Assembly (NCBI GenBank): GCA_963720465.1
Contig: OY970393.1
Location: forward strand, 608,001-672,000
DNA length: 64,000 nucleotides
Origin: Methanobacteriota archaeon
GTDB taxonomy: Archaea > Halobacteriota > Bog-38 > Methanoflorentales > Methanoflorentaceae
Direction: 5' to 3'
This document shows, one piece after another, positions 30,998-43,201 of the stretch (position 1 is the first letter of the stretch; each line of letters begins with the position of its first letter). Under the pieces are notes generated by a model that was given only the letters and a program-made list of their open reading frames with translations, was not told the DNA's origin and made no database searches. The translations under genes were made by a program, and so were the position numbers.

Positions 30998-31815
30998 GAG
31001 GGCATCAGCTGCTTGAACCACTGCTACCGGGGCCACTCGCACAAGACGAAAAACAGTTGCTTCCCCGCAGGTGGCAGATCCTTGGCGACTTGGTGCTGGT
31101 AAATATCCCAGCGGAAATCGAGCACCTCAAGCACGAGATAGGCGAGGCGTTGCTGGACCTTTACCCACGCTGCAAGAGTGCATTGTGGGACAAAGGAGTA
31201 CGCGGAAGCCTCCGTACCCCTGACATCGAAGTCATTGCAGGGTCAGAAACGAGCACGATACATAAGGAAAACTATTGCAAATTCGCGCTCGACGCAAGCC
31301 GCGTGATGTTCTCTGCAGGCAACTTTGCGGAGCGAGTTCGAATGAGCAAAGTCGGCTGCAACGAAAAAGTCCTCGACATGTTCAGTGGCATAGGCCAGCT
31401 TTGCATACCAATGGCAGTGCACGCACATCCTCAGTCGATATGCGCGATTGAACTCAATTCAGTTGCATTTGGTTATCTCAAGCAGAATATTACGCTTAAC
31501 AACGTTGACGACATAGTCCGGCCCATCTTGGGCAACTGCGCTGACGTCACCGCAGAAGAGCAATTCGACCGCGTACTAATGGGACATTTTGACGCGTGCG
31601 ACTATCTTTGCAAAGCATTTCAAGCTCTCGCGCCCGGGGGCATCGTGCACTACCACGAAATCGTCCCGTTAGGATTGATGCGCGAGCGCCCGTGTACTCA
31701 CGTGACGCAAGCCGCACGAGCACTCACTCGATCAGTCGAGTTGCTCAGCGTGCGCAAAGTGAAGGACTACGCCCCGGGAATTGCACATGTCGTGGTGGAT
31801 GTTAGGGTAAATTAA
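30994..31815 (+). CDS. Trm5/Taw2 (Met10+-like) SAM-dependent tRNA modification enzyme
   Basis: HKENYCKF.LDASRVMFS.GN..ER, VLDMFSGIG and DRVLMG motifs. Confidence 0.85.
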   Translation: MRGHQLLEPLLPGPLAQDEKQLLPRRWQILGDLVLVNIPAEIEHLKHEIGEALLDLYPRCKSALWDKGVRGSLRTPDIEVIAGSETSTIHKENYCKFALDASRVMFSAGNFAERVRMSKVGCNEKVLDMFSGIGQLCIPMAVHAHPQSICAIELNSVAFGYLKQNITLNNVDDIVRPILGNCADVTAEEQFDRVLMGHFDACDYLCKAFQALAPGGIVHYHEIVPLGLMRERPCTHVTQAARALTRSVELLSVRKVKDYAPGIAHVVVDVRVN

Positions 31816-32752
31816 GCTCGCGTTTGACGCTGGTGGCGGCGTCAACCATCACTTTGAGCTTTTGAAATGCCACTTCCCTTTTCTGAAGGCGTAGCCCACA
31901 GTCGGGATTGATCCACATATCTGCACCAAAGACGTCTATGCCCCGCTCGATTCGCTTCTTTACCGTTTCTACCGATTCGACATCTTGCCGGTCAGTGTCG
32001 ACCACGCCGAGTGCGACTTTTTTTCCGTGACCTTCAAATGCAGCTCCTGTCAATTTGTCTAGCAAAACGGGGAATTTCGCTGCTTCGACGCCGATGAATT
32101 GCACGTTTTCCAGCTTCAGCAGCTGCTCATAATCCTTGAAGGATGCAACGTGGGGGTGAAGCTTCACAGGAACCTTTATATTATCGACCGCCGCGTCAAC
32201 AAACCTCAGCACTTTTTCGACCTCCACATTATACAAAACGGGTTCATCGATCTGCAAAACATCTGCTCCAGCACGAACGAGCTGCTCTGCTTCAAAGCGG
32301 AGCGCTTTTGCCAAGTCATCAAGCAAGCGCGGATCGAGACTCGACCGGTACGGCGTGCCGGCGCTCAAAGACGAGGATGCAGCGAGCGTTGCAGGGCCGG
32401 TCACGATCCCTTTGATTTTAGCATCCTGTCCAGCACACTGCCGTGCCAACATGAAGTCGTTTACAGTAACAGCTCTTAGGGGCCGACTAATTTTTCCAGT
32501 TATGTAGGAGCGACCCCTATCGCTTTTCATGCCAGGAATCCCCGCTGCAAATAAGCTGACCATATCTGCTCTAACCTGGCCATCAGAGATTAGATCGATG
32601 CCGGCTCTGAGTTGATCGGCGACTGCGGCCTCAATCGACGTGACGAATGGATCCTTTCCGGCCATAAGATCATGAACGTTCATTTTTGCCTTCAGCGCTT
32701 CTCCGATAATGTGCGTTGGGTAGCTCCCAACTGTATTGGCGAGTATTCCCAT
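31802..32752 (-). CDS. Core (single-barrel) cobalamin-independent methionine synthase, MesA-like
   Basis: VGSYP, SDGQVR, KGIVTGPATL, QIDEP and NPDCGL motifs. Confidence 0.82.
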   Translation of the reverse strand: MGILANTVGSYPTHIIGEALKAKMNVHDLMAGKDPFVTSIEAAVADQLRAGIDLISDGQVRADMVSLFAAGIPGMKSDRGRSYITGKISRPLRAVTVNDFMLARQCAGQDAKIKGIVTGPATLAASSSLSAGTPYRSSLDPRLLDDLAKALRFEAEQLVRAGADVLQIDEPVLYNVEVEKVLRFVDAAVDNIKVPVKLHPHVASFKDYEQLLKLENVQFIGVEAAKFPVLLDKLTGAAFEGHGKKVALGVVDTDRQDVESVETVKKRIERGIDVFGADMWINPDCGLRLQKREVAFQKLKVMVDAATSVKRELNLP

Positions 32753-33355
32753 TCAGGCCATCCTCCGTTGCTCGCGACCTCGATTCGCAGCCTCAAATAA
32801 ATTATGCGTGAGGGATTGCTCCGGCTTCGCACAGCCCTCTCGCAACTTCTCGACGTTGACTGACAGACAACTTGTCTCCTGACATTGATCGTCGAGGAGG
32901 CTCTGTATTGCGTTTTCAAGGTCGTGAAGGTGCAGTGCATAGAAAAGATGCGAGCAGCACCTACAATCTGAGGAGCCAAAACCCGAGATGCTGGTCAGCA
33001 ACGGGTTTAGCGCCAAGTTGCGCGCCATTTCACATTCGATTCGGTCGTCAGTTGTGATTTCGCTTATCCCGATTATCTCTGCAACGGCTGAGAGGTGATC
33101 GATGTGCCACTTATGTGTCTTGTTGCGCCCTGCAGACACATCCAAGTGGCGTGCAACGCGTTTGAAACCGCCCGCCCCCAACGCTGATCCTACGTAAGCG
33201 TAGAAACCTGGCGCAAATTGGATCGTCCGGAGCTTTCCAACCGTCACACGTTTGGCACGGGCTAACGACAGAACTAGGACGTACGCGCCGCTAGCGACAT
33301 TATTCTGGGCCTTCCGTTGCTTTTGCGAGCTTAAGAGACTGTTTAATCTGTTCAT
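32753..33355 (-). CDS. DUF123/GIY-YIG-family nuclease-like protein
   Basis: GAYVL, GFYAYVGSA, WHIDHL and GFGSSDC.C.SHL motifs. True start uncertain. Confidence 0.82.
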   Translation of the reverse strand: MNRLNSLLSSQKQRKAQNNVASGAYVLVLSLARAKRVTVGKLRTIQFAPGFYAYVGSALGAGGFKRVARHLDVSAGRNKTHKWHIDHLSAVAEIIGISEITTDDRIECEMARNLALNPLLTSISGFGSSDCRCCSHLFYALHLHDLENAIQSLLDDQCQETSCLSVNVEKLREGCAKPEQSLTHNLFEAANRGREQRRMA

Positions 33356-33923
33356 TTACGTTGTTTGAAGTTACCCCCCCGTGACCAGGATATAGCACGC
33401 TGACGTCGAGCTTCACCAACCGCGAGATCGAGCGTATCAGGTCACGCGAGCTTCCGCCAGGCAGATCAGTACGACCGACGCTACCGTACGGAAAAACTGT
33501 GTCTCCGGAAAAAAGGCTTTTCGACTCGGCTTCGTAAAGGCAGATGCTTCCACGTGTATGTCCAGGGGTGTGTATCACGCGCAGCGTCGAATCACCGAGA
33601 TCAATTTTTGCGCCGTCAGTAAGCACAATGTCGACGCAAAACTTTGGCGCACGTGCGCCAAAAAAATGTGCCGCGGAAGCGCTCGTGCCGATTTCTTTTG
33701 CATCGGCCTCGTGCATCATAACGACTGTCTTGCTAGGAAGTTTCAACTGGTCTAGGGCCGCCGTGTGATCATAATGCAAGTGAGTTAAAATAATGCAACA
33801 CGCTTCATCCAACGGCAGCTGTTTTGCTGTAATTACGGACCCTAGATCAACAACAGCATTCTTCTTTGCAATTAACCAGAAGGTGTTGCTCTCATAAGGC
33901 CGCGAAAAGGTGTCCACACGCAC
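33300..33923 (-). CDS. MBL-fold metallohydrolase (glyoxalase II-like)
   Basis: THLHYDH, HTPGHT, FSGD and PGHG motifs. Confidence 0.88.
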   Translation of the reverse strand: MRVDTFSRPYESNTFWLIAKKNAVVDLGSVITAKQLPLDEACCIILTHLHYDHTAALDQLKLPSKTVVMMHEADAKEIGTSASAAHFFGARAPKFCVDIVLTDGAKIDLGDSTLRVIHTPGHTRGSICLYEAESKSLFSGDTVFPYGSVGRTDLPGGSSRDLIRSISRLVKLDVSVLYPGHGGVTSNNVNEQIKQSLKLAKATEGPE

Positions 33924-34056
33924 TTGTATGCATTACGGCGCGTAGTATGATAAAACTTAGGCCGATCTACACGTGGGCAGCACTGCTCACATTTTTAAGC
34001 AACAAGAGCGTAATCACTTAACGAGGTGTGAGCGGACCCGTAATTGAACTAGCACC

Positions 34057-35328
34057 ATGACGCTACTAACAGAAGCCAAAAAAGGGTTAAACGACGAGAT
34101 AAGAAACGCTGCCAAATCAGAGGGCGTATCCAGCGATAAACTTAGGCGCCTCATTGCTGGTGGACACAGCGTTATACCGAAGAACGCAACTCACGATATT
34201 GAGGTGATCGGCATAGGCGAAGCGTTGCGCGCAAAAGTGAATGCCAATATTGGCACATCAATGGACCACATCGACAAAAGCGAAGAGCTCGCAAAAGCAA
34301 GAATAGCGCTGAGATACGGTGCAGATACTGTTATGGACCTGTCTACAGGCGGAGATTTAGATAATATTCGGCGACAAATCCTACGAGAGATCGAAGCCCC
34401 GATTGGCACTGTGCCAATATATCAGGCAGCAATGCGGCGAGACGCTGTTGTATCAATGACGACAGATGACATGTTCGACACGGTTCGCAAGCACGCCCAA
34501 GACGGCATTGATTTTATGACCATCCACGCGGGGGTCAATTTGAAATCCCTCGAAGTATTGAAGACGAGCAAGAGAATTATGGGGGTAGTCAGCAGAGGCG
34601 GCGCTTTCACCATTGCGTGGATGGTGCACAACGGCGAAGACAACCCCTTCTACGTTGAGTATGACTATCTCCTTGAACTTGCACACGAGTATGACTTCGT
34701 GATCAGCCTCGGTGACGGCATGAGGTCGGGATGCTTGCACGACGCAAGCGACCGTCCTAAATTCATGGAATATATACAGCTCGGAGAGCTCACACAGCGG
34801 GCGCGCGAAAGCGGCGTTCAGACCTTGGTCGAAGGACCTGGCCACGTCCCACTTAACGAAATCGAGACCAACGTCAAAGCGATGAAATCGTTGACCGGCG
34901 GTGCGCCACTCTACCTGCTAGGACCACTCGTCACAGACATAGCGCCAGGGTACGACCACATAACAGGAGCAATTGGGGGCGCTCTTGCCGGAATGTTTGG
35001 TGCCGATTTCTTGTGCATGACAACACCGTCAGAGCACCTCGGGTTGCCGACACTAGATGATATCAAGCAAGGGGCGATCGTCACAAAGATAGCCGCTCAC
35101 GTGGCCGACCTAGCGAGAGGAATGCCCCGCGCACACAAGCTAGACGATGAGATGGCTAAATCACGGGCCAGCCTCGACTGGGAAAAACAATTCCGACTTT
35201 CAGTTGATCCCGATCTAGCCAAGGCGAAATTTAACTGCCGCAGCCGACAGAGCGATGCTTGCTCCATGTGCGGAGATCTGTGTGCGATAAAAATAGCTAA
35301 AGCGGCGTTAGGTAACTCCAAGAGCTAG
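34057..35328 (+). CDS. thiC: Phosphomethylpyrimidine synthase (ThiC family)
   Basis: [26 protein letters not shown] and CSMCGDLC motifs. Confidence 0.92.
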   Translation: MTLLTEAKKGLNDEIRNAAKSEGVSSDKLRRLIAGGHSVIPKNATHDIEVIGIGEALRAKVNANIGTSMDHIDKSEELAKARIALRYGADTVMDLSTGGDLDNIRRQILREIEAPIGTVPIYQAAMRRDAVVSMTTDDMFDTVRKHAQDGIDFMTIHAGVNLKSLEVLKTSKRIMGVVSRGGAFTIAWMVHNGEDNPFYVEYDYLLELAHEYDFVISLGDGMRSGCLHDASDRPKFMEYIQLGELTQRARESGVQTLVEGPGHVPLNEIETNVKAMKSLTGGAPLYLLGPLVTDIAPGYDHITGAIGGALAGMFGADFLCMTTPSEHLGLPTLDDIKQGAIVTKIAAHVADLARGMPRAHKLDDEMAKSRASLDWEKQFRLSVDPDLAKAKFNCRSRQSDACSMCGDLCAIKIAKAALGNSKS

Positions 35329-35352
35329 TTCGGTGTCGTTGCGAAGTGCGAC

Positions 35353-35760
35353 TTATTCTTTCGCGCTGTTATTTGCTTGCAAGATTCTTAAGGCAAACAA
35401 CGCAGCGTTTTTCCCGCTATCTATTCCGACCGACGCGACTGGAACTCCTACAGGCATTTGCACTATGGAGAGCAGCGCATCCAGACCGCTGAGCTTGGTG
35501 CTTACAGGGACGCCAATCACTGGGGCGTTCGTCTTTGACGCGATAATGCCTGGAAGAGCTGCAGATAGGCCTGCGATAGCAATATAAACCTTAGCATGAG
35601 TTTTTCTAAGATATTCATCGAGCCGCGTTGGCTCTCGATGCGCGGAGATGACCGCCAAGTCATACGCAACGCCCGCCTCCTCAAGTATCTCTATCGCTTT
35701 TTCTGCCACGTGCATATCGGAGGTAGAGCCCACCAATATTGCCACATCGGGGTAGCTCAT
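35353..35760 (-). CDS. purE: AIR carboxylase/N5-CAIR mutase
   Basis: [18 protein letters not shown] and VQMP.GVPVA motifs. Confidence 0.9.
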   Translation of the reverse strand: MSYPDVAILVGSTSDMHVAEKAIEILEEAGVAYDLAVISAHREPTRLDEYLRKTHAKVYIAIAGLSAALPGIIASKTNAPVIGVPVSTKLSGLDALLSIVQMPVGVPVASVGIDSGKNAALFALRILQANNSAKE

Positions 35761-35902
35761 CGCGGTGAAGTTGTCCCAGGACCGTAAAACTCTTTCTGAA
35801 TGAAGACCGAGCACTTTATGCGAAAGCCGCTCGCTTTTTAGCGTGAGCGCGTGTGCAACCCATTGCAGCTTTTTGATACTCGCGTGATGTAACAGAGAGG
35901 AA

Positions 35903-36135
35903 ATGGACCCCAACCTCGCCATAACTCTTTCTGTCTTCACAATTAGCTACGCCATATTGGCTTCTGAGCGAATACATCGGCCGTCGTGGCTGCGCTTGCC
36001 AGCCTTCTGCGCTAGCGACTGGCGTTTTGAGTCCTGGCGAAGCCGTCAATTACGTTAATTGGGAAACTACTGGCCTACTATTCGGGATAGAGCATACGCG
36101 GACGAGTGGGGGTAATCCCCTGGCAATGCCATGAG
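35903..36135 (+). pseudogene. Frameshifted 5' fragment of an ArsB/NhaD (SLC13-like) transporter
   Basis: Across frames: [26 protein letters not shown] / AVVAALASLL / GVLSPGEAVNYVNWETTGLLFGI, then decays. Confidence 0.68.
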
Positions 36136-36272
36136 CTCGCCGCCGAAAAGGAGAAAGACGGTGAGGTAGCGAGGCTGAAAATAGTACGAAAAAACTCTAA
36201 ATACAGAGTGCTGCGATTTAACACGAAGACCGATTGCTGTTTGCGCACATAACGTGAAGGAGAAATGCGTTT

Positions 36273-37911
<1,639 letters not shown>

Positions 37912-37935
37912 AGCGCTGCTGAAAGGAGTATTGTT

Positions 37936-38358
37936 ATGGAACAGAAAAATGAAGCGCGTATAAGGCTTGGATTCGTGGTGGCTGAATTTAATCGGGACAT
38001 TACATACCAAATGGAGATTCTTGCTAAAGAACACGCGGCATTCCTAAACGCTGATGTCGTGAAAACCATTTTAGTTCCTGGAGTTTTTGACATGCCCTTA
38101 GCTGTCAAAAGTTTGGCCACAGACGATGAGGTAGACGCAGTGGTTACAATCGGCTGCGTGATTGAAGGAGCGACCGCGCACGACGAAATCGTCGCACAGC
38201 ACGCGACGCGAAAGATTGTCGATCTAGCCCTTGAGCACAACAAGCCGATCACCTTGGGAATATCGGGTCCAAGAATGTCCCGCCTTGAAGCACACGAACG
38301 CGTAGACTATGCAAAAAGAGCTGTAGAAGCCGCTGTAAAGCTTTGCAAGAGACTCTGA
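37936..38358 (+). CDS. ribH: 6,7-dimethyl-8-ribityllumazine synthase
   Basis: [14 protein letters not shown] and [11 protein letters not shown] motifs. Confidence 0.93.
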   Translation: MEQKNEARIRLGFVVAEFNRDITYQMEILAKEHAAFLNADVVKTILVPGVFDMPLAVKSLATDDEVDAVVTIGCVIEGATAHDEIVAQHATRKIVDLALEHNKPITLGISGPRMSRLEAHERVDYAKRAVEAAVKLCKRL

Positions 38359-39536
38359 TGAACCCAAATCAGGTCATTGCCTCAAGAGTCCAACGCATAC
38401 CTGAGTCCGCCACGATGAAGATTGCGGACATGGCATCCAAGCTCAGAAGTGAAGGGCGAGATATTATTAGTTTCAGTCTCGGTGAACCTGATTTTGAAAC
38501 CCCGGAGAACATAAGAAAAGCAGCAAAAACGGCCCTCGATCGTGGTGAGACGCACTATACGCAAGGCAGCGGAATTCCCGAACTTCGAGAAGCGATAGCA
38601 GAGAAATTAAAAAATGAGAATAACCTCGACGTCAGTCCCGCCGACGTGCTCGTAACACCTGGCGCCAAGCAAGCGATATTTGAAGCGGTCTGCACACTTA
38701 TCGAAGAAGGGGATGAGGTTTTATTACTTGATCCTGCGTGGGTTTCCTACGAAGCAATCGTTAAGTTCGCTGGTGGGAAGCCCGTCATGGTCCCTGTTTC
38801 AGAACAGGATGGCTGTGTGCCAGTTGACTTACATAGTTACATAACGAGAGATACCAAGCTCCTTATTCTAAACAGCCCGTGCAACCCTACCGGAGCCGTT
38901 TACGGCAAAAATGAGATAAAGACGGTAGCTGAGATGGCTGAAGACTACGGTATCTTTGTGCTGTCAGACGAAGTCTATGAAAAAATCATTTATGGCGCTA
39001 AGCATCACAGTATAGGCAGTCTAATACCTAGCAGGACAATTACGATCAACGGATTCTCAAAGGCCTATGCGATGACGGGCTGGAGACTCGGTTACGCGAC
39101 TGCAGCCGCACCAATCCTTCAAGGCATGCTTAAGATCCAACAACATTCAGTAAGCAACGCGACGTCTTTTGTTCAAAGGGCTGGCGTTGAGGCCCTGAGA
39201 GGTGACCAAGGCGCGGTGCGTGCGATGGTGACGGAGTTTGAAAAGCGGCGAAACCTTATGATCGACGGACTTTACAAAATGGGGATACAATGCGCACGGC
39301 CAAGAGGCGCATTTTACGTGTTCGCGAAGGTCTCGCAGTTCGGCAGTTCTGTTGAGGTGGCTGAAAAACTGTTACAGGAAGCTCTTGTCGCTGTTACGCC
39401 TGGCTCAGCTTTCGGACCAAACGGAGAGGGTTACGTACGTTTGTCGTACGCCACGAGCCGTCAAAATATAGAAAGGGGCATCTGCAAGATAGAAGCATCA
39501 CTCGAGAACAGGCCTAGCACTTCACCCGACGCTTAA
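38358..39536 (+). CDS. Class I PLP aminotransferase (aspartate aminotransferase-like)
   Basis: GEPDF, NSPCNPTG, SDEVY and SKAYAMTGWRLG motifs. Confidence 0.9.
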   Translation: MNPNQVIASRVQRIPESATMKIADMASKLRSEGRDIISFSLGEPDFETPENIRKAAKTALDRGETHYTQGSGIPELREAIAEKLKNENNLDVSPADVLVTPGAKQAIFEAVCTLIEEGDEVLLLDPAWVSYEAIVKFAGGKPVMVPVSEQDGCVPVDLHSYITRDTKLLILNSPCNPTGAVYGKNEIKTVAEMAEDYGIFVLSDEVYEKIIYGAKHHSIGSLIPSRTITINGFSKAYAMTGWRLGYATAAAPILQGMLKIQQHSVSNATSFVQRAGVEALRGDQGAVRAMVTEFEKRRNLMIDGLYKMGIQCARPRGAFYVFAKVSQFGSSVEVAEKLLQEALVAVTPGSAFGPNGEGYVRLSYATSRQNIERGICKIEASLENRPSTSPDA

Positions 39537-39940
39537 TGATTTCGTGAATAATGTTTTCGGTGCCCGATAGCTCTCCGGTGTCTTGAAACGGCAGCCGGAT
39601 AACTCTGGACGGAATGCGCCTTTTTTCAAGATCTTCTTGGAGTTTCTTCTCGTCAAAGTACTGATCGAAGCCAAGAGCTACGATGTCTGGCTTTATTGTC
39701 ATCAAAGGCTCGAACATGTCGTGCTCGCTTCCAAGTTCAGCGTGGTCGACCACCTCCAAGGCCCTGACCACTTGCAGCCGTTGCCGTTCGGGGATTACTG
39801 GTTTTGACTTGTGCTGGACCATGGAATCGCGGGACACAATTACAAATAATTCGTCGCCCAGCTCCTTTGCTTTCTTTAGATACAAGATATGGCCTGGATG
39901 CAAAATATCAAACGTACCTGTTGCGAGTACCTCTAATCAT
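39514..39940 (-). CDS. ribL: FAD synthase RibL with one extra base at about 39930
   Basis: ATG ATT AGA (G) GTA CTC GCA ACA GGT ACG TTT GAT ATT TTG CAT gives MIRVLATGTFDILHPGH once one G is removed. Also KPDIVALGFDQ. Confidence 0.82.
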
Positions 39941-40370
39941 CTTCGCCACCAAAAGTTTCTTGTATGTCTTTATACACGGCACTCTCATCAATTTCAATGT
40001 CTAGCACGTCAAGTTTTCTCCTGTCGCCGATTCTGTCGTAGCAAGCCCAGCTCGTAGTATCATAAGGGTAGCCGACAATAATATGGCAGTCTCCGCTTTG
40101 CATGAACAGTCGAATATCTGCATCCGAGGGCTGGAGCGCTCCTGACGGGTGGCTGTGCACAGATCCGACAATATGTGTGCTGACAGGTAGCATAAACAGA
40201 TTCATGACGGCGCTCACATTCGAAGACTGAGTAATAGGAACGTCTACGTCCGTGATAATCCCATCCGTCTCGTATAACATCCCAGCGAATTCTTTTGGGT
40301 GCGAGGATGCGCTCACTTCGAGGACAAACTTCAATGCGTCACGAGCTATGCCTTTGATTTTCTTTTTCAT
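39933..40370 (-). CDS. JAMM/MPN-family metalloprotein
   Basis: HPKEF and GSVHSHPS...PSDAD JAMM motif. Confidence 0.88.
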   Translation of the reverse strand: MKKKIKGIARDALKFVLEVSASSHPKEFAGMLYETDGIITDVDVPITQSSNVSAVMNLFMLPVSTHIVGSVHSHPSGALQPSDADIRLFMQSGDCHIIVGYPYDTTSWACYDRIGDRRKLDVLDIEIDESAVYKDIQETFGGEDD

Positions 40371-40698
40371 AAATGACCCGCAACCACTAACACTCAGTGG
40401 ATGTTTTTTCCTATCGAACCACGAAGTACAAAAAAGCGGTTTTTCGGCGGTTCAGCCAATTGCTAATCTAGTGCCTCAGAACTCATAGGGATCATCATTG
40501 CGTCTTTGACGCTCGGAAGTCATTGTACATCATTGGCACAAGTGTAATTGACCTTCCCACTATTATAGATATACCTCATAAAGTCGTACCACTTCCGTGT
40601 CCGTGTCTGCGCCTTTCTTCAAGCAAGCAGCGCCTTCGGCCAAATAACGTCACTAGACGTGCCGAGGATTAAAATCGCAACAAGAACGCGGTTCACGA

Positions 40699-40781
40699 TG
40701 CGGAGGGAGGGATTCGAACCCGCGAACTCCTTTGAGAGTGGATCTTGAGCCCACCGCCGTTGACCACTTGGCTACCTCCGC
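40699..40781 (-). tRNA. tRNA-Leu(CAA)
   Basis: GCGGAGG acceptor stem, GTGGG-CT-CAA-GA-TCCAC anticodon arm, long variable arm, GTTCGAATC. CCA not encoded. Confidence 0.93.
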
Positions 40782-41081
40782 TTCTTTGACAGTATAGTTT
40801 TGACTTATTTCTATTTAACTAATTTCTGGGTGCGCGCTTGTTTTCTTCGCGAAGGATTGGACCTACGTTACCCGTATCTATTGAGTCGAACGTCACGCAA
40901 CTTAATTCGCGGACCGGAGAAGACAACCGAAAGCCAAGCGCCACACTAAAATTAACTCCAAGAGGCAGCGACAGAGTAGTAACTTACTGAAATTCGAGCA
41001 GAGCGGCCTTGTCGAGAAACTTGCAATGCGCTATCGCAATTTCTAAATATGCTTTTCGCTTTTATACAGTAGGTGATTATC

Positions 41082-41312
41082 GTGGTTGTCGGAGTTACAA
41101 TGGTCAACGTCGTTCCGGGTGAAGAACGATATGTTTACCGAACGCTTTTAGCGTTAGCCGGTATACGAGAAGTATATCATGTTTTTGGAGAGTATGACTT
41201 TGTAGTCATCATCGAAGTCGAAGGGTTAACAGCATTGAATAATTCGGTTGATAACATACGAGATATCAAAGGAGTCACTACAACTCACACGATCGTTGGC
41301 GCTGAACTATGA
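41082..41312 (+). CDS. Stand-alone Lrp/AsnC ligand-binding (RAM) domain protein
   Basis: [15 protein letters not shown]...[10 protein letters not shown]. No HTH. Confidence 0.85.
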   Translation: MVVGVTMVNVVPGEERYVYRTLLALAGIREVYHVFGEYDFVVIIEVEGLTALNNSVDNIRDIKGVTTTHTIVGAEL

Positions 41313-41327
41313 TTGGGAGAACCCCTG

Positions 41328-43193
41328 ATGGCTGAAAACATTGCCGAGAAGCTTGCCCAAAAACAACGCGAGATTAGCATAGCAGAATTCTTTGAGAAAA
41401 ACCGTCAAATCCTCGGTTTCGACTCATCGACGCGAAGCCTCATAACAAGTGTCAAGGAAGCGGTCGATAACGCACTCGATGCCTGCGAAGAGAGCGGCGT
41501 ACTTCCTGATATTCTAATTGAGATTCAGAAGGTGGACAAAGATACCTATCGGGTCATCGTAGAAGATAACGGCCCTGGCATCGTGAAGGAACAGATACCG
41601 CGAGTTTTCGGAAAGCTCCTTTACGGCTCTCGATTTCACGCCCTCAAACAGAGCAGAGGACAGCAAGGCATAGGAATCTCGGCGGTCGTCTTGTATGCGC
41701 AGCTGACATCGGGGCGGCCTACGGCAGTATATTCCAAAACGGGAAAGAACAAGGAAGCCCATTATTACGAGCTTGTTATCAACACGAAAACCAACGAACC
41801 CGAAATATTGATGGAGAAAATTGTGCCGTGGGACAGGCCTCACGGAACCAGAATTGAAGTCGAGATGGAAGGTACATACGTCCGCGCTCGCAAACAATCG
41901 ATATATGGCTATGCAAAATCGACTGCGATAGTCAATCCGCACGCCCGACTGACGTTGATTGAACCGACAGGAGACACTCAAGTGTTTGAGCGTGTGACAG
42001 AAGTCTTGCCGGTTGAACCCTGTGAGATACTGCCACATCCTGAAGGCATTGAACTCGGCACACTAATCAAAATGCTGCGGTACACAGAGAGACGGCGACT
42101 GACCTCATTCTTGACAAACGAGTTTGCCCGCATCGGACACAAAACCGCGAAAGAGATATGCGCAAGAGCTGGAATCGATCCCGACGTAAACCCCAGTGAC
42201 CTCTCACGCGATCAGGCAAAGCGCTTGCTCGAAGCGTTCAAGACTGTCAAAATCATTGCGCCTTCGACGGAGTGCCTCTCTCCCATAACAGAAGAGCTGA
42301 TCAGAAAGGGGCTGGAAAAGGAATACGACGTTGATTTTATTGCGACGACCACGCGGGACGCCTCTGTGCACACAGGCAACCCATTCATCGTCGAAGCGGG
42401 CATTGCCTACGGAGGGAGTTTGCCAAAGGAAGAAAAAACAGACATCCTGCGATTCGCGAATCGGGTTCCTCTACTATATCAACAAGGTGGGTGCGCGAGT
42501 ACTCACGCCGTAGAGAAAATCAACTGGAGGAACTATGAACTGCTGCAACCAGGGGGGAGCGGCATTCCCCAAGGCCCAGTCGTCATTCTCACACACGTCG
42601 CGTCAACGAATGTTCCGTTCACTTCCGAGTCAAAAGAAGCGATCGCGGATATCCCCGAGATAGTGGACGAGATAGAACTTGCGGTTCGAGACGTGGCGCG
42701 CGGACTCAAGAACTACTTGGCGAAGCAAAAAATACTGGCGAAGAGAAAAGAGAAAGAAGAAATAATAGAAAGGGTTCTTCCCAAGCTTGCTGAGAAGGTC
42801 TCCGAGGTAATGGGCGGGCCGCAACCGGATATTCAACCCATCGTTGCTAAGATTATGGGGAATGTCCTCGTGCAAAAGACGGCCGAACAGAGCGACAACA
42901 CGTCGATCGTGACGATCCGCATCAAGAACTTTTCTGAGAGCCAAAAAGAGTTTAAGCTGCACCAGGTCTCTGCCGTGGAGATCGAAGATCCAACTCCTAA
43001 GCCAAGAGTATCAAGTTTTGACGGCCAATTCGACAACATTTGGAAGGTATCAATCAAGCCTAATGCAGAAAAAAAAGTTAGGTACACCGTTAAGTCCGAG
43101 CAGTCCCCGGGCGCCAATCTTCTCGTTGAAGGGATACTTGCAGAGATGGTTACAGGAGCCGACGCGCTACCTAAGAAGCGAGCTAGTGAGTGA
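41328..43193 (+). CDS. top6B: DNA topoisomerase VI subunit B
   Basis: [26 protein letters not shown] and RFANRVPL motifs. Confidence 0.96.
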   Translation: MAENIAEKLAQKQREISIAEFFEKNRQILGFDSSTRSLITSVKEAVDNALDACEESGVLPDILIEIQKVDKDTYRVIVEDNGPGIVKEQIPRVFGKLLYGSRFHALKQSRGQQGIGISAVVLYAQLTSGRPTAVYSKTGKNKEAHYYELVINTKTNEPEILMEKIVPWDRPHGTRIEVEMEGTYVRARKQSIYGYAKSTAIVNPHARLTLIEPTGDTQVFERVTEVLPVEPCEILPHPEGIELGTLIKMLRYTERRRLTSFLTNEFARIGHKTAKEICARAGIDPDVNPSDLSRDQAKRLLEAFKTVKIIAPSTECLSPITEELIRKGLEKEYDVDFIATTTRDASVHTGNPFIVEAGIAYGGSLPKEEKTDILRFANRVPLLYQQGGCASTHAVEKINWRNYELLQPGGSGIPQGPVVILTHVASTNVPFTSESKEAIADIPEIVDEIELAVRDVARGLKNYLAKQKILAKRKEKEEIIERVLPKLAEKVSEVMGGPQPDIQPIVAKIMGNVLVQKTAEQSDNTSIVTIRIKNFSESQKEFKLHQVSAVEIEDPTPKPRVSSFDGQFDNIWKVSIKPNAEKKVRYTVKSEQSPGANLLVEGILAEMVTGADALPKKRASE

Positions 43194-43201
43194 GGCAAAG
43201 C

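Noticed and set aside
36075-36190. Possible riboswitch-like multi-hairpin before the aminotransferase-ribC-ribH operon
   Set aside because: No FMN, glycine, TPP or SAM consensus. The 5' stem lies in the ArsB/NhaD pseudogene reading frame, so the pairing is likely chance.
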